Below the pieces are notes generated by a model. It was not told where the DNA came from. It made no database searches and saw nothing but the letters and a program-made list of their open reading frames with translations. A program made the position numbers and the translations under genes. This document shows positions 31,829 to 41,625 of a stretch of 64,000 nt of DNA, one piece after another; position 1 is the first letter of the stretch, and every line of letters begins with the position of its first letter. Source of the DNA: Alphaproteobacteria bacterium (GTDB lineage: Bacteria > Pseudomonadota > Alphaproteobacteria > RF32 > CAG-239); the NCBI GenBank assembly GCA_045597005.1, contig JAZODJ010000012.1:18919-82918 (forward strand), written 5' to 3'.

Positions 31829-32616
31829 TGCGCGTAATAATAAAAGATAACCCGACAGACTGTTCCACATGGGTGGCCGGCTACATTGCATATTCAATCA
31901 AAAAAGCTCGTCCATCGGCCAAAAAACCGTTTGTATTAGGTTTGCCGACCGGTTCTACTCCGTTGGGGGTTTATAAAGAGCTGATTAAGCTATATCAAAA
32001 TAAAAAGATTTCTTTTGAACACGTTGTTACATTCAATATGGATGAATACATAGGCCTAAGTCCCGAAGACCAAAACAGCTATCATCATTTTATGTACGAA
32101 AACTTTTTTAACTACATCAATATCAAACCCAAAAACATCCATATTCTTGACGGACTAACCAAAGACTATGCTAAGGAATGCGAAGACTACGAAAATGCTA
32201 TCAAAGCATATGGCGGAATCGATTTGATGCTTGGAGGAATCGGCACAGACGGACATATTGCATTTAATGAGCCGTTTTCTTCTTTTAACTCGCGTACTCG
32301 CATTAAAACCCTTGCACCATCAACTATAAAAGATAATTCACGTTTCTTTGATAATGATATCAAAAAAGTACCTACTCAAGCTTTGACAATTGGTATCGGA
32401 ACAATTATGGATGCCAAAGAAGTGATTATCATGGCTACCGGCGAAAACAAAGCCGAAGCTATCAGACAAACCATTGAAGGCTCGATCAATCATATGTGTC
32501 CGGCATCAATATTGCAAACACATCGCTATGGAATTATTGCTTGTGACAATTCTGCCGCTAAAAAGTTGTCATCTTCAACCCAAGAATATTTTAAAAGTAT
32601 CGAAAATATGGGGTAA
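31828..32616 (+). CDS. nagB: glucosamine-6-phosphate deaminase
   Basis: LGLPTGSTP, FNMDEY, GIGTDGHIAFNEP; TAATG coupling to nagA. Confidence 0.97.
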   Translation: MRVIIKDNPTDCSTWVAGYIAYSIKKARPSAKKPFVLGLPTGSTPLGVYKELIKLYQNKKISFEHVVTFNMDEYIGLSPEDQNSYHHFMYENFFNYINIKPKNIHILDGLTKDYAKECEDYENAIKAYGGIDLMLGGIGTDGHIAFNEPFSSFNSRTRIKTLAPSTIKDNSRFFDNDIKKVPTQALTIGIGTIMDAKEVIIMATGENKAEAIRQTIEGSINHMCPASILQTHRYGIIACDNSAAKKLSSSTQEYFKSIENMG

Positions 32617-32709
32617 ATATCTAAATAACAGAAAACAAAAAGATACCCCCGATCTAGTTGGGAAGCTTAATACAAAAAAGGGCGGAAATAAATTCCGCCC
32701 TCTTCTTTT

Positions 32710-35103
32710 TTATGCATCACGCAATTGTGCCGATGTTATTTTCTTCTTAACTTCAACCTCAACCTTATTCATCAACGTCTCAATATCCTGATCGCTGAAT
32801 GTTGTTTCAACAGGTTGGAATGTCATTGCCAAAGCAATCGATTTTTTGCCCTCAGAGAGGTTTTCTCCCTCATAAACATCAAATACTCTGACATCACTGA
32901 TATATCGTCTGTCGGCGTTTCTGGCTGCAGCAATCACATCATCTGCCCTAACTGTTTTATCAACAATAAAGGCCATATCTTTATCAACCGGTTGAAATTG
33001 AGATAGTTCCAATTTCTTTTTGGCTTTTCCTTGCCCACCACGCGGCAAAGGAATATTATCAAGCACAACCTCAAAAGCGACAACGCGTTGTTTAATACCA
33101 AAGCGCTTTAACACTAATGGATGCAACTCACCAAAATAAGCAATAACGTTTGCACCCAAACGAAATGCTCCGCTACGTCCCGGATGATAATAAGCCGGAG
33201 CATCTGTTGAAATACGCGCACTGTCAAACGGTCCGTTTGCAGCGGCAATAACTGCCAAAGCATCTGCCTTAACATCAAAAACATCAAAAGCACGCTCATT
33301 TCCAGCCCAATGTTTTTTACCGGTCTGTCCGCAACGAATACCGCCGGCAATCAACTTTTGTTCACCCGGTTTGCGACCATAAAACTCAGGCCCTACTTCA
33401 AACAAGCTGACATTTCCGTAACCTCTGGCAATATTGTTCTTTAATCCCAACAATAAATTTACCAAAACTGACGGTCTCATTTCATCCAACTCTGCCGTAA
33501 TCGGATTACACAATAAAACCGGCTCGTTTCCTTTGCGAAAATCTTTGGCCAATTTAGAATCGGTAAAACTCCATGTAACTGTTTCCAACAATCCGCGAGA
33601 AGCAAGTTCATGTTTGACCGTAATATTACGACGTTGTGCCGGTGATAATGTTTGAGCCGGAAAATATGCTTTTGGCATCGATTCTGCCGGAATATTATCC
33701 AAGCCGACCATACGAACAATTTCTTCAACCAAATCATGTTCGCCTTCAATATCTCCGCGCCATGTCGGAGCAGTAGCCCAAATTTTATCGCCATCTTCTT
33801 TGGTTTCAAAACCTAATCGATTCAAAATATCAATGATTTTTGCTGAAGAAACTTCAATACCGATAAAATCTTTCAATCTTGACGGTCTGATAAACGTCGT
33901 AACCGGTTTATAATTTTCTTCACCGGCAACCTCTATATCCGATGCCTCTCCGCCACATATTTCTAAAATAAGTTGCGTTGCATAATCAGAACCCAAAATA
34001 TTTGAATTAGGATCAACCCAACGCTCATAACGATAGCGAGAATCCGAATCAATTTGAAACTTGCGACCTGTTCTGGCAATACATACCGGATTAAACAATG
34101 CGCTTTCCAAAAATACATTAACCGTATCTTTTGTACATCCTTTAGCATTACCGCCCATAATTCCGCCCAAACATTGAACACCCTCGCCATCACAAATACC
34201 CAAAGATTGGCTATCCAGATTATAAACCTTTTCTTCCAAAGAAACAAATCCTTCGCCATCTTTAGCCATTCGCACACAAATATCTCCGCACAACTTATCT
34301 GCATCAAAAACATGCAACGGACGAGCCAAATCATAATTTATATAATTGGTAATATCTACCAATGGAGAAATTGAACGCAAACCGATAGCTGTTAATCTGT
34401 CTTTCATCCACTTCGGTGTTTCAGCTTTGTTGTTAACGCCTTTTATATAGCGCCCCGTATATACCGGACAGGCTGTAAAATCTTCAACCTTAACTTTAAT
34501 TGGTGATTTTATCCCGCTGTTTTGACTCTTGATTTTTAATTCTTTTAATTTTCCTAAACCGGCAGCGGCCAAATCTCTGGCAACACCTCTTACACCCAAA
34601 CATTCTGCTCTGTTAGGTGTAATTGAAATATCAAAAACCGGATCAGCTTTATAAACTTCTGCCAAAGTCAAACCAATCGGTGATGTTGCCGGAAGCTCAA
34701 TAATTCCATCATGATCCGTACCTACACCGATTTCATCTTCGGCACACATCATACCAAAACTTTCAACTCCTCTGACCTTTCCGACTTTAATCTTTTCATT
34801 AAACAACGGAATATACGCACCAACATGAGCCAAAATTCCCATCATTCCTTTTTTTACATTAGGAGCACCGCAAACAATTTGTAATATCTGCTGTCCGTCA
34901 TTAACTTTCAAAACATGTAAATGATCAGAATCAGGATGATCTTCAACGTCTTCTATTCTGGCTGTCACAAAACCATCCATATTTTCAAAAGGATTTACAA
35001 CTTCTTCAACTTCCAAACCGATTTGTGTCAATGTTTCGGCAATCTTATCAACACTTGCTTCTGTATCCAGATGTTCTTTTAACCATGATAAAGTAAATTT
35101 CAT
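32710..35103 (-). CDS. pheT: phenylalanyl-tRNA synthetase beta subunit
   Basis: MKFTLSWLKE, tRNA-binding OB fold, TPNRAEC, C-terminal FDX-ACB domain. Confidence 0.98.
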   Translation of the reverse strand: MKFTLSWLKEHLDTEASVDKIAETLTQIGLEVEEVVNPFENMDGFVTARIEDVEDHPDSDHLHVLKVNDGQQILQIVCGAPNVKKGMMGILAHVGAYIPLFNEKIKVGKVRGVESFGMMCAEDEIGVGTDHDGIIELPATSPIGLTLAEVYKADPVFDISITPNRAECLGVRGVARDLAAAGLGKLKELKIKSQNSGIKSPIKVKVEDFTACPVYTGRYIKGVNNKAETPKWMKDRLTAIGLRSISPLVDITNYINYDLARPLHVFDADKLCGDICVRMAKDGEGFVSLEEKVYNLDSQSLGICDGEGVQCLGGIMGGNAKGCTKDTVNVFLESALFNPVCIARTGRKFQIDSDSRYRYERWVDPNSNILGSDYATQLILEICGGEASDIEVAGEENYKPVTTFIRPSRLKDFIGIEVSSAKIIDILNRLGFETKEDGDKIWATAPTWRGDIEGEHDLVEEIVRMVGLDNIPAESMPKAYFPAQTLSPAQRRNITVKHELASRGLLETVTWSFTDSKLAKDFRKGNEPVLLCNPITAELDEMRPSVLVNLLLGLKNNIARGYGNVSLFEVGPEFYGRKPGEQKLIAGGIRCGQTGKKHWAGNERAFDVFDVKADALAVIAAANGPFDSARISTDAPAYYHPGRSGAFRLGANVIAYFGELHPLVLKRFGIKQRVVAFEVVLDNIPLPRGGQGKAKKKLELSQFQPVDKDMAFIVDKTVRADDVIAAARNADRRYISDVRVFDVYEGENLSEGKKSIALAMTFQPVETTFSDQDIETLMNKVEVEVKKKITSAQLRDA

Positions 35104-35121
35104 TTTTGCTTCCTCTCTTTC

Positions 35122-36225
35122 CTATCTTGCCGAACCACCATTGTTACTCAAACCGCCGGTCATCGACGATTCGTCCAAAGGCATAAATCCGTAATGTTTC
35201 AACCACCTTACATCAGATTCAAAAAATGTACGCAAATCAGGAATACCATACTTAAGCATCGCTAATCTGTCTAATCCTAAACCAAAAGCAAAACCTTGAT
35301 ATTCTTCCGGATCAATTCCGCATGCTTTTAAAACATTCGGATGAACCATTCCACACCCCAAAATTTCAAGCCAATCATCACCGGCTCCGATTTTTAATTC
35401 TGTCTTGCTCTTTTTGCATCCGATATCCATTTCAGCTGAAGGTTCTGTAAACGGAAAATATGACGGACGATATCTCACCGGAATTTCATTCAACTCAAAA
35501 AACGCCTTAATAAAATCATACAAACATCCTTTTAAATTGGCAAAAGTAGTCTTCTTATCAATGACCAACCCTTCAACTTGGTGGAACATAGGTGTGTGCG
35601 TTGCATCATAATCCGAACGATAAGTACGCCCCGGAGCAATAATTCTTATCGGAGGCTGTTTCTTTTCCATTGTTCTGATCTGAACAGCCGAAGTCTGAGT
35701 TCTGACAACATAACTATCATCAAAATTATCACTTTCGGGATTCGGAATATAAAATGTATCTTGCATCTGTCTTGCCGGATGATTAGCCGGTGTATTTAAT
35801 GCATTAAAATTATGAAACTGGTCTTCAATATCCGGACCGTCGGCAACCTCAAATCCCATTTCACCAAAAATAGCCACAACTTCCTCATAAATTTTTGAAA
35901 CAGGATGAATACGACCGATATTTTCATTTCTTACCGGCAACGTAACATCTATCGTTTCTTTCAATAATTTTTCGTTTAACTCTTTTGCAGCCAATTCTTC
36001 TCTTTTGCTATCCAATGCTTGTTCAATTTCTGATTTCACCACATTTAACTGTTGCCCCATTTGTTTTTTTTCTTCAACGGATAATGTTGCTAATCCTCGC
36101 ATAAGCTCCGTCAAAGCCCCCTTTTTTCCCAAAACGGAAACTCTGACATCATCCAAAGCTTTCATATCACAAACAACAGCTATTTGTTCTAACGTTTTTG
36201 TTTTTAAGTTTTCAATATTTTCCAT
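35122..36225 (-). CDS. pheS: phenylalanyl-tRNA synthetase alpha subunit
   Basis: HPARQMQDTF, FHQVEG, YFPFTEPS, GFAFGLG.DR. Confidence 0.98.
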   Translation of the reverse strand: MENIENLKTKTLEQIAVVCDMKALDDVRVSVLGKKGALTELMRGLATLSVEEKKQMGQQLNVVKSEIEQALDSKREELAAKELNEKLLKETIDVTLPVRNENIGRIHPVSKIYEEVVAIFGEMGFEVADGPDIEDQFHNFNALNTPANHPARQMQDTFYIPNPESDNFDDSYVVRTQTSAVQIRTMEKKQPPIRIIAPGRTYRSDYDATHTPMFHQVEGLVIDKKTTFANLKGCLYDFIKAFFELNEIPVRYRPSYFPFTEPSAEMDIGCKKSKTELKIGAGDDWLEILGCGMVHPNVLKACGIDPEEYQGFAFGLGLDRLAMLKYGIPDLRTFFESDVRWLKHYGFMPLDESSMTGGLSNNGGSAR

Positions 36226-36312
36226 TGTTCCACCATTTTATGCATTTAAAATCAAAAAGAGTCTTACTTGTTTTCACAAGCAGGACTCTTTTCAACATTT
36301 TCTATCTAAAAA

Positions 36313-36672
36313 CTATTTGCTCAAAGAAGCCTTAACTTGATCAACAAGTTTTGCGAAAGTTTCGGGCTCTTTAACAGCGATATCGGCCAATACTTTACGA
36401 TCAAGCTCAATACCTGCTTTGGTGAGCCCGTTCATAAATCGAGAATAGGTCATATCATGCAAACGAGTAGCAGCATTAATACGCTGAATCCACAAGCTGC
36501 GGAAATTTCTTTTTTTGGTACGTCTGTCACGATAAGCATATTGCAAAGCCTTCTCAACTTTTTCAACTGCTACGCGGAAAACGTTCTTATTACGGCCACG
36601 ATAGCCCTTAGCCATCGATAACACTTTTTTGTGACGAGCATGAGCCGTCATACCTCTTTTAACACGAGACAT
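36313..36672 (-). CDS. rplT: 50S ribosomal protein L20
   Basis: [28 protein letters not shown]. Confidence 0.99.
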   Translation of the reverse strand: MSRVKRGMTAHARHKKVLSMAKGYRGRNKNVFRVAVEKVEKALQYAYRDRRTKKRNFRSLWIQRINAATRLHDMTYSRFMNGLTKAGIELDRKVLADIAVKEPETFAKLVDQVKASLSK

Positions 36673-36684
36673 TCTTCTTCACTC

Positions 36685-36882
36685 CTACAAATAAGGTAAA
36701 AACTGTTTAACAATCTTAACATCAACATCAGAAACCAATGTTGTGCCGCGAGCTTGTCTTTTCATTTTTTGAGTTTTGCAGAAGAGGCAGTGTCTCTTAT
36801 AAGCAAAATTTCTTTTCAATTTGCCGGTTCCGGTAACGCTAAAGCGTTTTTTAACCGCACTCTTAGTTTTCATTTTTGGCAT
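36685..36882 (-). CDS. rpmI: 50S ribosomal protein L35
   Basis: [20 protein letters not shown]; start corrected to ATG at 36882. Confidence 0.98.
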   Translation of the reverse strand: MPKMKTKSAVKKRFSVTGTGKLKRNFAYKRHCLFCKTQKMKRQARGTTLVSDVDVKIVKQFLPYL

Positions 36883-36914
36883 TTTAATCCCTTTCTTAAT
36901 CTTGGATTTATTAT

Positions 36915-36948
36915 AAGTAAACAGGCATACCAAACAGCCCGTTCACTC
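36915..36948 (-). promoter_or_regulatory. putative L20-responsive leader hairpin/pseudoknot of rpmI-rplT
   Basis: 12-bp stem GAGUGAACGGGC/GCCUGUUUACUU; loop UUUGGUAU can pair with the rpmI start AUGCCAAA. Confidence 0.55.
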
Positions 36949-37096
36949 GGTTCAGAGCATCTTATACAGCTCTTTACTTTTAAAATCAAGAACTTTTTAC
37001 ACAAAAAAAGACAAAACAATTATAAAAAAAACTCCCTTCAAAATTCGTCTTAAACGAAATATTAAAAGGAGTTCTTTTAAAAATCAGAATAAAATA

Positions 37097-37786
37097 TTAT
37101 TCTTTAACTTTAGCTGTCTTTTTAACAGTTTTTTTCTTAGTTGTTTCTTTTTTTACTGTTACCTTATTTTCTTTCTTAGCAACAACCTTCTTTGTCTTTG
37201 TTACAGTTCTACTTGCTGTTGTCTTCTTTTTTTCTCTAGCCTTTTCAGCTTTGCACTTTTGCGCTTTTTTCGTTGCTTCGACAACTGCCGGTTCAACATC
37301 AGGAACATTACAACTGTCATCAGCAATCAATTTGTAACGCTTATCCAAACAACCGGCAATTGATTTATGATGAAGCAAAACAGCAAACGCGGCAACAAGC
37401 ACCATCAATATTGTCATCGCCTGACGAACTACAACTACAATCGGTAAAATATTAATTAAATAATACATCATATAATCTTCAGTTAAAATTCCGGTCATCA
37501 ATATAACCATCGTCAAAACAACTGAAATAACAAACACCATTGCAATAAAATACGGGACCCAACCTACCGACACCAAAAAAGTAGCCGCAACAGGCATTTT
37601 TTTTATCATCTTATCTATCGCCTTTACCGGAACCAAGAAATACATTGGCACCAAAAACAAGGTAAGAAGCACCGAAAATGCAAAATCGATCATATCTGCT
37701 TCAAAAGTATTCATCAAAGTAAATACTTGAGAAATAATCCAATAAATTCCACCTACCCACAAACTCTGTTTCCAAAATGTACTCAT
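37097..37786 (-). CDS. hypothetical membrane protein with Lys-rich C-terminal tail
   Basis: about four TM segments, then a K/T/V-rich tail; AAGGAG RBS. Confidence 0.75.
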   Translation of the reverse strand: MSTFWKQSLWVGGIYWIISQVFTLMNTFEADMIDFAFSVLLTLFLVPMYFLVPVKAIDKMIKKMPVAATFLVSVGWVPYFIAMVFVISVVLTMVILMTGILTEDYMMYYLINILPIVVVVRQAMTILMVLVAAFAVLLHHKSIAGCLDKRYKLIADDSCNVPDVEPAVVEATKKAQKCKAEKAREKKKTTASRTVTKTKKVVAKKENKVTVKKETTKKKTVKKTAKVKE

Positions 37787-37803
37787 CTTCTAACTCCTTA
37801 CCT

Positions 37804-38526
37804 CTAATAAAAATTTTCATTGCTGACAAATTTTTCAGCACGTGTATCAATCAATCTTCCACCATCTAACTTAACTTTTCTGTCCATCCTGTCTGCTAAG
37901 TCAAAATTATGGGTTGCAATCAATGCACTCAAACCAGTTTCTTTAACAATTCCCAATAATTCACCAAAAACTATCTCTGCCGTTTTAGGATCTAAATTAC
38001 CTGTCGGCTCATCTGCTAACAATAATTTTGGCGTATTTGCCAAAGATCTTGCTATAGCAACCCGTTGTTGCTCACCTCCGGACATTTCAGCCGGACGATG
38101 CTTAAATCTTTTTTCCAATCCCATCTTTGTCAAAAGCCACTTAGCTTTCTCTTGGGCTTCTTTTTCTTTAACACCGGCAATCAACTGAGGTAACATTACA
38201 TTTTCTACAGCATCAAAATCAGCCAATAAATTGTGATATTGATATACAAAACCTAAATAATCTCGACGTAATGATGTTCTCATGGCATCTCCGAGTGTCG
38301 AACATTTTTGTCCTTCCAAATATATATCACCTTTGGTCGGTTTTTCCAATAAACCGGCCAATTGTAACATCGTTGACTTTCCGGAGCCGGAAGGACCTAT
38401 TAAGGCAACCACTTCTCCCTTTTCTATTTCCAGATTAATCCCTCGCAAAACCTGTAAGACTTGTCCTCCTTGTTTAAACGAACGATATACATTTTTTAAT
38501 TCTAAAACAGGCGCTCTTTTATTCAT
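37804..38526 (-). CDS. lolD: lipoprotein-releasing ABC transporter ATPase
   Basis: GPSGSGKST, MSGGEQQRVAIAR, ADEPTGNLD; overlaps the lolC/E end. Confidence 0.93.
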   Translation of the reverse strand: MNKRAPVLELKNVYRSFKQGGQVLQVLRGINLEIEKGEVVALIGPSGSGKSTMLQLAGLLEKPTKGDIYLEGQKCSTLGDAMRTSLRRDYLGFVYQYHNLLADFDAVENVMLPQLIAGVKEKEAQEKAKWLLTKMGLEKRFKHRPAEMSGGEQQRVAIARSLANTPKLLLADEPTGNLDPKTAEIVFGELLGIVKETGLSALIATHNFDLADRMDRKVKLDGGRLIDTRAEKFVSNENFY

Positions 38527-39766
38527 AACGCAAAGCCTCCACCGGATCCATTTTTGCAGCTCTCCACGAAGGATATAGTGTTGCGGCAAATGACAACATC
38601 AAAGATATTGATACAACAGTCAAAACTTCTTTCATATCCACTTTTGCCGGAAGTTTTGACAAGAAATATATTTCCGCCGAAAATAAATCTCTTCCCAAAA
38701 TATTTTGCAATCCTTGACGAATGGCCTCAATATTGTCACAAAACAACAAGCCCAAAACCAAACCGATAATCGTACCGACAACTCCGATAAAAGCTCCGTC
38801 AATAAAGAAAATTCTGACAATCATTCCTTTAGATGCTCCCATTGTTCGTAATACGGCAATATCTCGACTTTTATCTTTCACCAACATAATCAAACCGGTT
38901 ATAATATTAAAAGCAGCCACAACAATAATTAATGTCAAAATAATAAACATTACATTGCGTTCAACCTCTATTGCATTAAAAAAAGCTGCATTACTTTGCT
39001 TCCAATCATATATATAAGCGCTTCCGCCCAAACTTTCTTCCAATGCAGCTCGAACAGGAAGCAAAGATTTATCATCATCTAACGTTATATCAATATTTGT
39101 AACCGCATTTTTTAATCCGAAATAAATCTGAGCCGCATCAATAGGCATAAAAACAAAATTTGCATCATATTCATACATTCCGGAATCAAATAATCCGATT
39201 ATCTGATATGATTTCATTCTGGGAACAGTCCCAAAAGCTGTTACTTTCCCGTTTGGCGACAACAAAGTAATCTTATCACCTTCAACAACCCCCATTTTTC
39301 TTGCTAATCTGATACCTATAATTACATTATCACCTGAAAAATAATCCATATCAACTTTTTCAACAGCTTTAGCCATAGCAGGTTTCTTCAACAAATCATC
39401 TTTACTTATTCCCCTAACCATAGCTCCTTCAGCAGATTTTCCGGCTGTAATCAACAACTGATTTTCAATCATCGGTACGACCAAATTAATATGTTCAATT
39501 TCTGCAATTTCCTTAACAGCCGAATTATAATTATTAAAAGGATATCCGCTTGGTGCCATCAACCCGATATGTCCGTTTATTCCTAAAATACGTCCTAACA
39601 ACTCATGACGAAATCCATTCATTACACTCATAACAATAATAAGTGTTGCAACTCCTAATGCTATACCTGTAAATGCAAATCCGGTAATAACGGAAATAAA
39701 TCCCTCTTTCCTCTTTGCCCGCAAATAACGTCCAGCCGTTAATCTTTCAAATTTTGAAAAAATCAT
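38519..39766 (-). CDS. lolE: lipoprotein-releasing ABC transporter permease LolC/E
   Basis: RYLRAKRKEGFISVI, SVMNGF, LYPSWRAAK.DPVEALRYE. Confidence 0.93.
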   Translation of the reverse strand: MIFSKFERLTAGRYLRAKRKEGFISVITGFAFTGIALGVATLIIVMSVMNGFRHELLGRILGINGHIGLMAPSGYPFNNYNSAVKEIAEIEHINLVVPMIENQLLITAGKSAEGAMVRGISKDDLLKKPAMAKAVEKVDMDYFSGDNVIIGIRLARKMGVVEGDKITLLSPNGKVTAFGTVPRMKSYQIIGLFDSGMYEYDANFVFMPIDAAQIYFGLKNAVTNIDITLDDDKSLLPVRAALEESLGGSAYIYDWKQSNAAFFNAIEVERNVMFIILTLIIVVAAFNIITGLIMLVKDKSRDIAVLRTMGASKGMIVRIFFIDGAFIGVVGTIIGLVLGLLFCDNIEAIRQGLQNILGRDLFSAEIYFLSKLPAKVDMKEVLTVVSISLMLSFAATLYPSWRAAKMDPVEALRYE

Positions 39767-39904
39767 ACCAATATCAACCTCAAATCCAAATACTACCTCA
39801 ATTTATATTATCTCAAAGTTGATTTTACAATCCAATACATTAACTTATACAAAGAAAAAGCTCCGCTTATTTGCAGAGCTATTCATTTTTTATTTGATAA
39901 TATA

Positions 39905-40576
39905 TTATCTGTGACCTAAAAGTCCTTCTGAAATATGTCGATTTATATTTATAAAGCTATCTAACATTTTATAATCAACATTATCTAAATCTTGTCCGAT
40001 TTTTATCGTATTTTTTGCAATATAATCCGCTAATTTGAGCAAATTATTCTTAGTATCATCCGGCAAACTGCTTCTGTTCTTGGACATCAAAGTCCTAATC
40101 ATTACCCACAAACGTTGATTATTATCCAAAGCTTCAACCAACTTATTTTTATCCTTTGATTTTGAAGCTTCTGACAAATCAAGTCCGCTTTTAGCTAAGT
40201 AATATGCTTCTTGCTGCGCCAAATTAGCATTTACTGATTCCATCAATCCTTCTGAAATTTGTCTGTTAATATTAGCTAATGACTGAAAACATGCATCACT
40301 CATATTAACACCGTTTGCAATAGTAACATGTTCAACGTACTTAGACAACTTAGTCAAATTATCTTTAATATTTTGCGGCAAAAAATTATTTGATTTTTTA
40401 ACTGATGCTTCAATAGTAACCCACATTTTCATATTTTCATCCAAAACCAACAATTTATATCCGTCATCTTTAGACTTAGCAGTCTCAAGATAATTAGCAT
40501 AATTTTGTAAAAGTTCAGCCTCTTTACTGGCTCCGTCAATTTGATCTCTTATTTCATCTAACATATTTTTATCCAT
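39905..40576 (-). CDS. flaF: flagellar regulator FlaF, tandem two-domain form
   Basis: two copies of EA..L ... LD.N..(L/M)W ... LP...K.NL.KL..Y ... NINR.ISEGL. Confidence 0.8.
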   Translation of the reverse strand: MDKNMLDEIRDQIDGASKEAELLQNYANYLETAKSKDDGYKLLVLDENMKMWVTIEASVKKSNNFLPQNIKDNLTKLSKYVEHVTIANGVNMSDACFQSLANINRQISEGLMESVNANLAQQEAYYLAKSGLDLSEASKSKDKNKLVEALDNNQRLWVMIRTLMSKNRSSLPDDTKNNLLKLADYIAKNTIKIGQDLDNVDYKMLDSFININRHISEGLLGHR

Positions 40577-40629
40577 ATTTATAATAGGTTATAATCAAAA
40601 AAACTTCCTAAACTCTTTTTGCAAACTAA

Positions 40630-40825
40630 ATAAAGAAAAAGGACTGAAAATTACATCTCTGACTATTGGGGAATAAGTGTCAAATTCAACTTACCAGCCC
40701 TTTTCCTGTTAAGTTTAACACAATCGGTTTCTTTCGATTGTAGTTACTTTTTTTCAAGAAAAAATTGGGGAGATTTTTCCAAGAAAAAAGTTCATCACAT
40801 AATAATAGGGGAACTCATTATAATA
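40630..40825 (-). ncRNA. putative multi-hairpin RNA with three UCCCC loops
   Basis: four hairpins; G.U pairs support the minus strand; ends in a U-rich tract (see findings). Confidence 0.55.
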
Positions 40826-40852
40826 TAGTCACTCTATGAAAAAACATATCAT

Positions 40853-41614
40853 CTAAAACGGAGCAACTATATCCAAAACCTGTCTTCCGTAGCGAGGTTG
40901 CTGAACATCTGAAATAACCCCTTGTCCACCATACGAAACTCGTAATTCTGCTATTTTACTGGACTCAATGCTATTATCAGATGAAATATCAGCTCTTCTG
41001 ATAATTCCTCGCATATAAAGTTGACGAACCTCATAACTGACTCTTATTTCTTGCGTTCCTTCAATAACTAAATTACCATTAGGCAAAACCTGTGTAACCA
41101 CCGCCGCAAAAGTAAGATCTATACTCTCTTTTCTATCAATCTTACCATCACCTGCTATTTCTCTGTTTGACGAAATATCAACCAAGTTATTAGAGTCATA
41201 CCCCTCCGGCAAAATTTTTCCTAAATATTTTTCATACCCGAATACTGACGATATACCCAAAGAATCTTTATTATCATCACGATTTTGTTCCATTTCATTT
41301 TCCATCAACGCCGTATCCTTCGCAGACACCTTAACCGTAATAATATCACCTACTTTTCCGGCTCGTTGATCTTTAAAGAAACCTACAGCTCCCGGACTCC
41401 ACAAAGAATTAGCTGCATGTTTTTGCTCTTGAACTACCGGCATAGGCATTGATACCGGCTCATATCCCTTTACTTCAACCGGATTAGTAATCGGAGACAA
41501 TGGTGGTTCTTGCCCTACTTGACTTAATCTTCGCAACATTCCACACCCTGACAAAGATGTCGCAACCATTAAAAGAGCCACTGTTTTCACAACACTTTTA
41601 TTTACTGCTACCAT
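40853..41614 (-). CDS. flgH: flagellar L-ring protein
   Basis: lipobox LSGC, SLW, FFKDQRA..VGDI.TV, VLPNGNL.IEG, SYGGQG.ISDVQQPRYG. Confidence 0.97.
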   Translation of the reverse strand: MVAVNKSVVKTVALLMVATSLSGCGMLRRLSQVGQEPPLSPITNPVEVKGYEPVSMPMPVVQEQKHAANSLWSPGAVGFFKDQRAGKVGDIITVKVSAKDTALMENEMEQNRDDNKDSLGISSVFGYEKYLGKILPEGYDSNNLVDISSNREIAGDGKIDRKESIDLTFAAVVTQVLPNGNLVIEGTQEIRVSYEVRQLYMRGIIRRADISSDNSIESSKIAELRVSYGGQGVISDVQQPRYGRQVLDIVAPF

Positions 41615-41625
41615 TTTAACTACCC

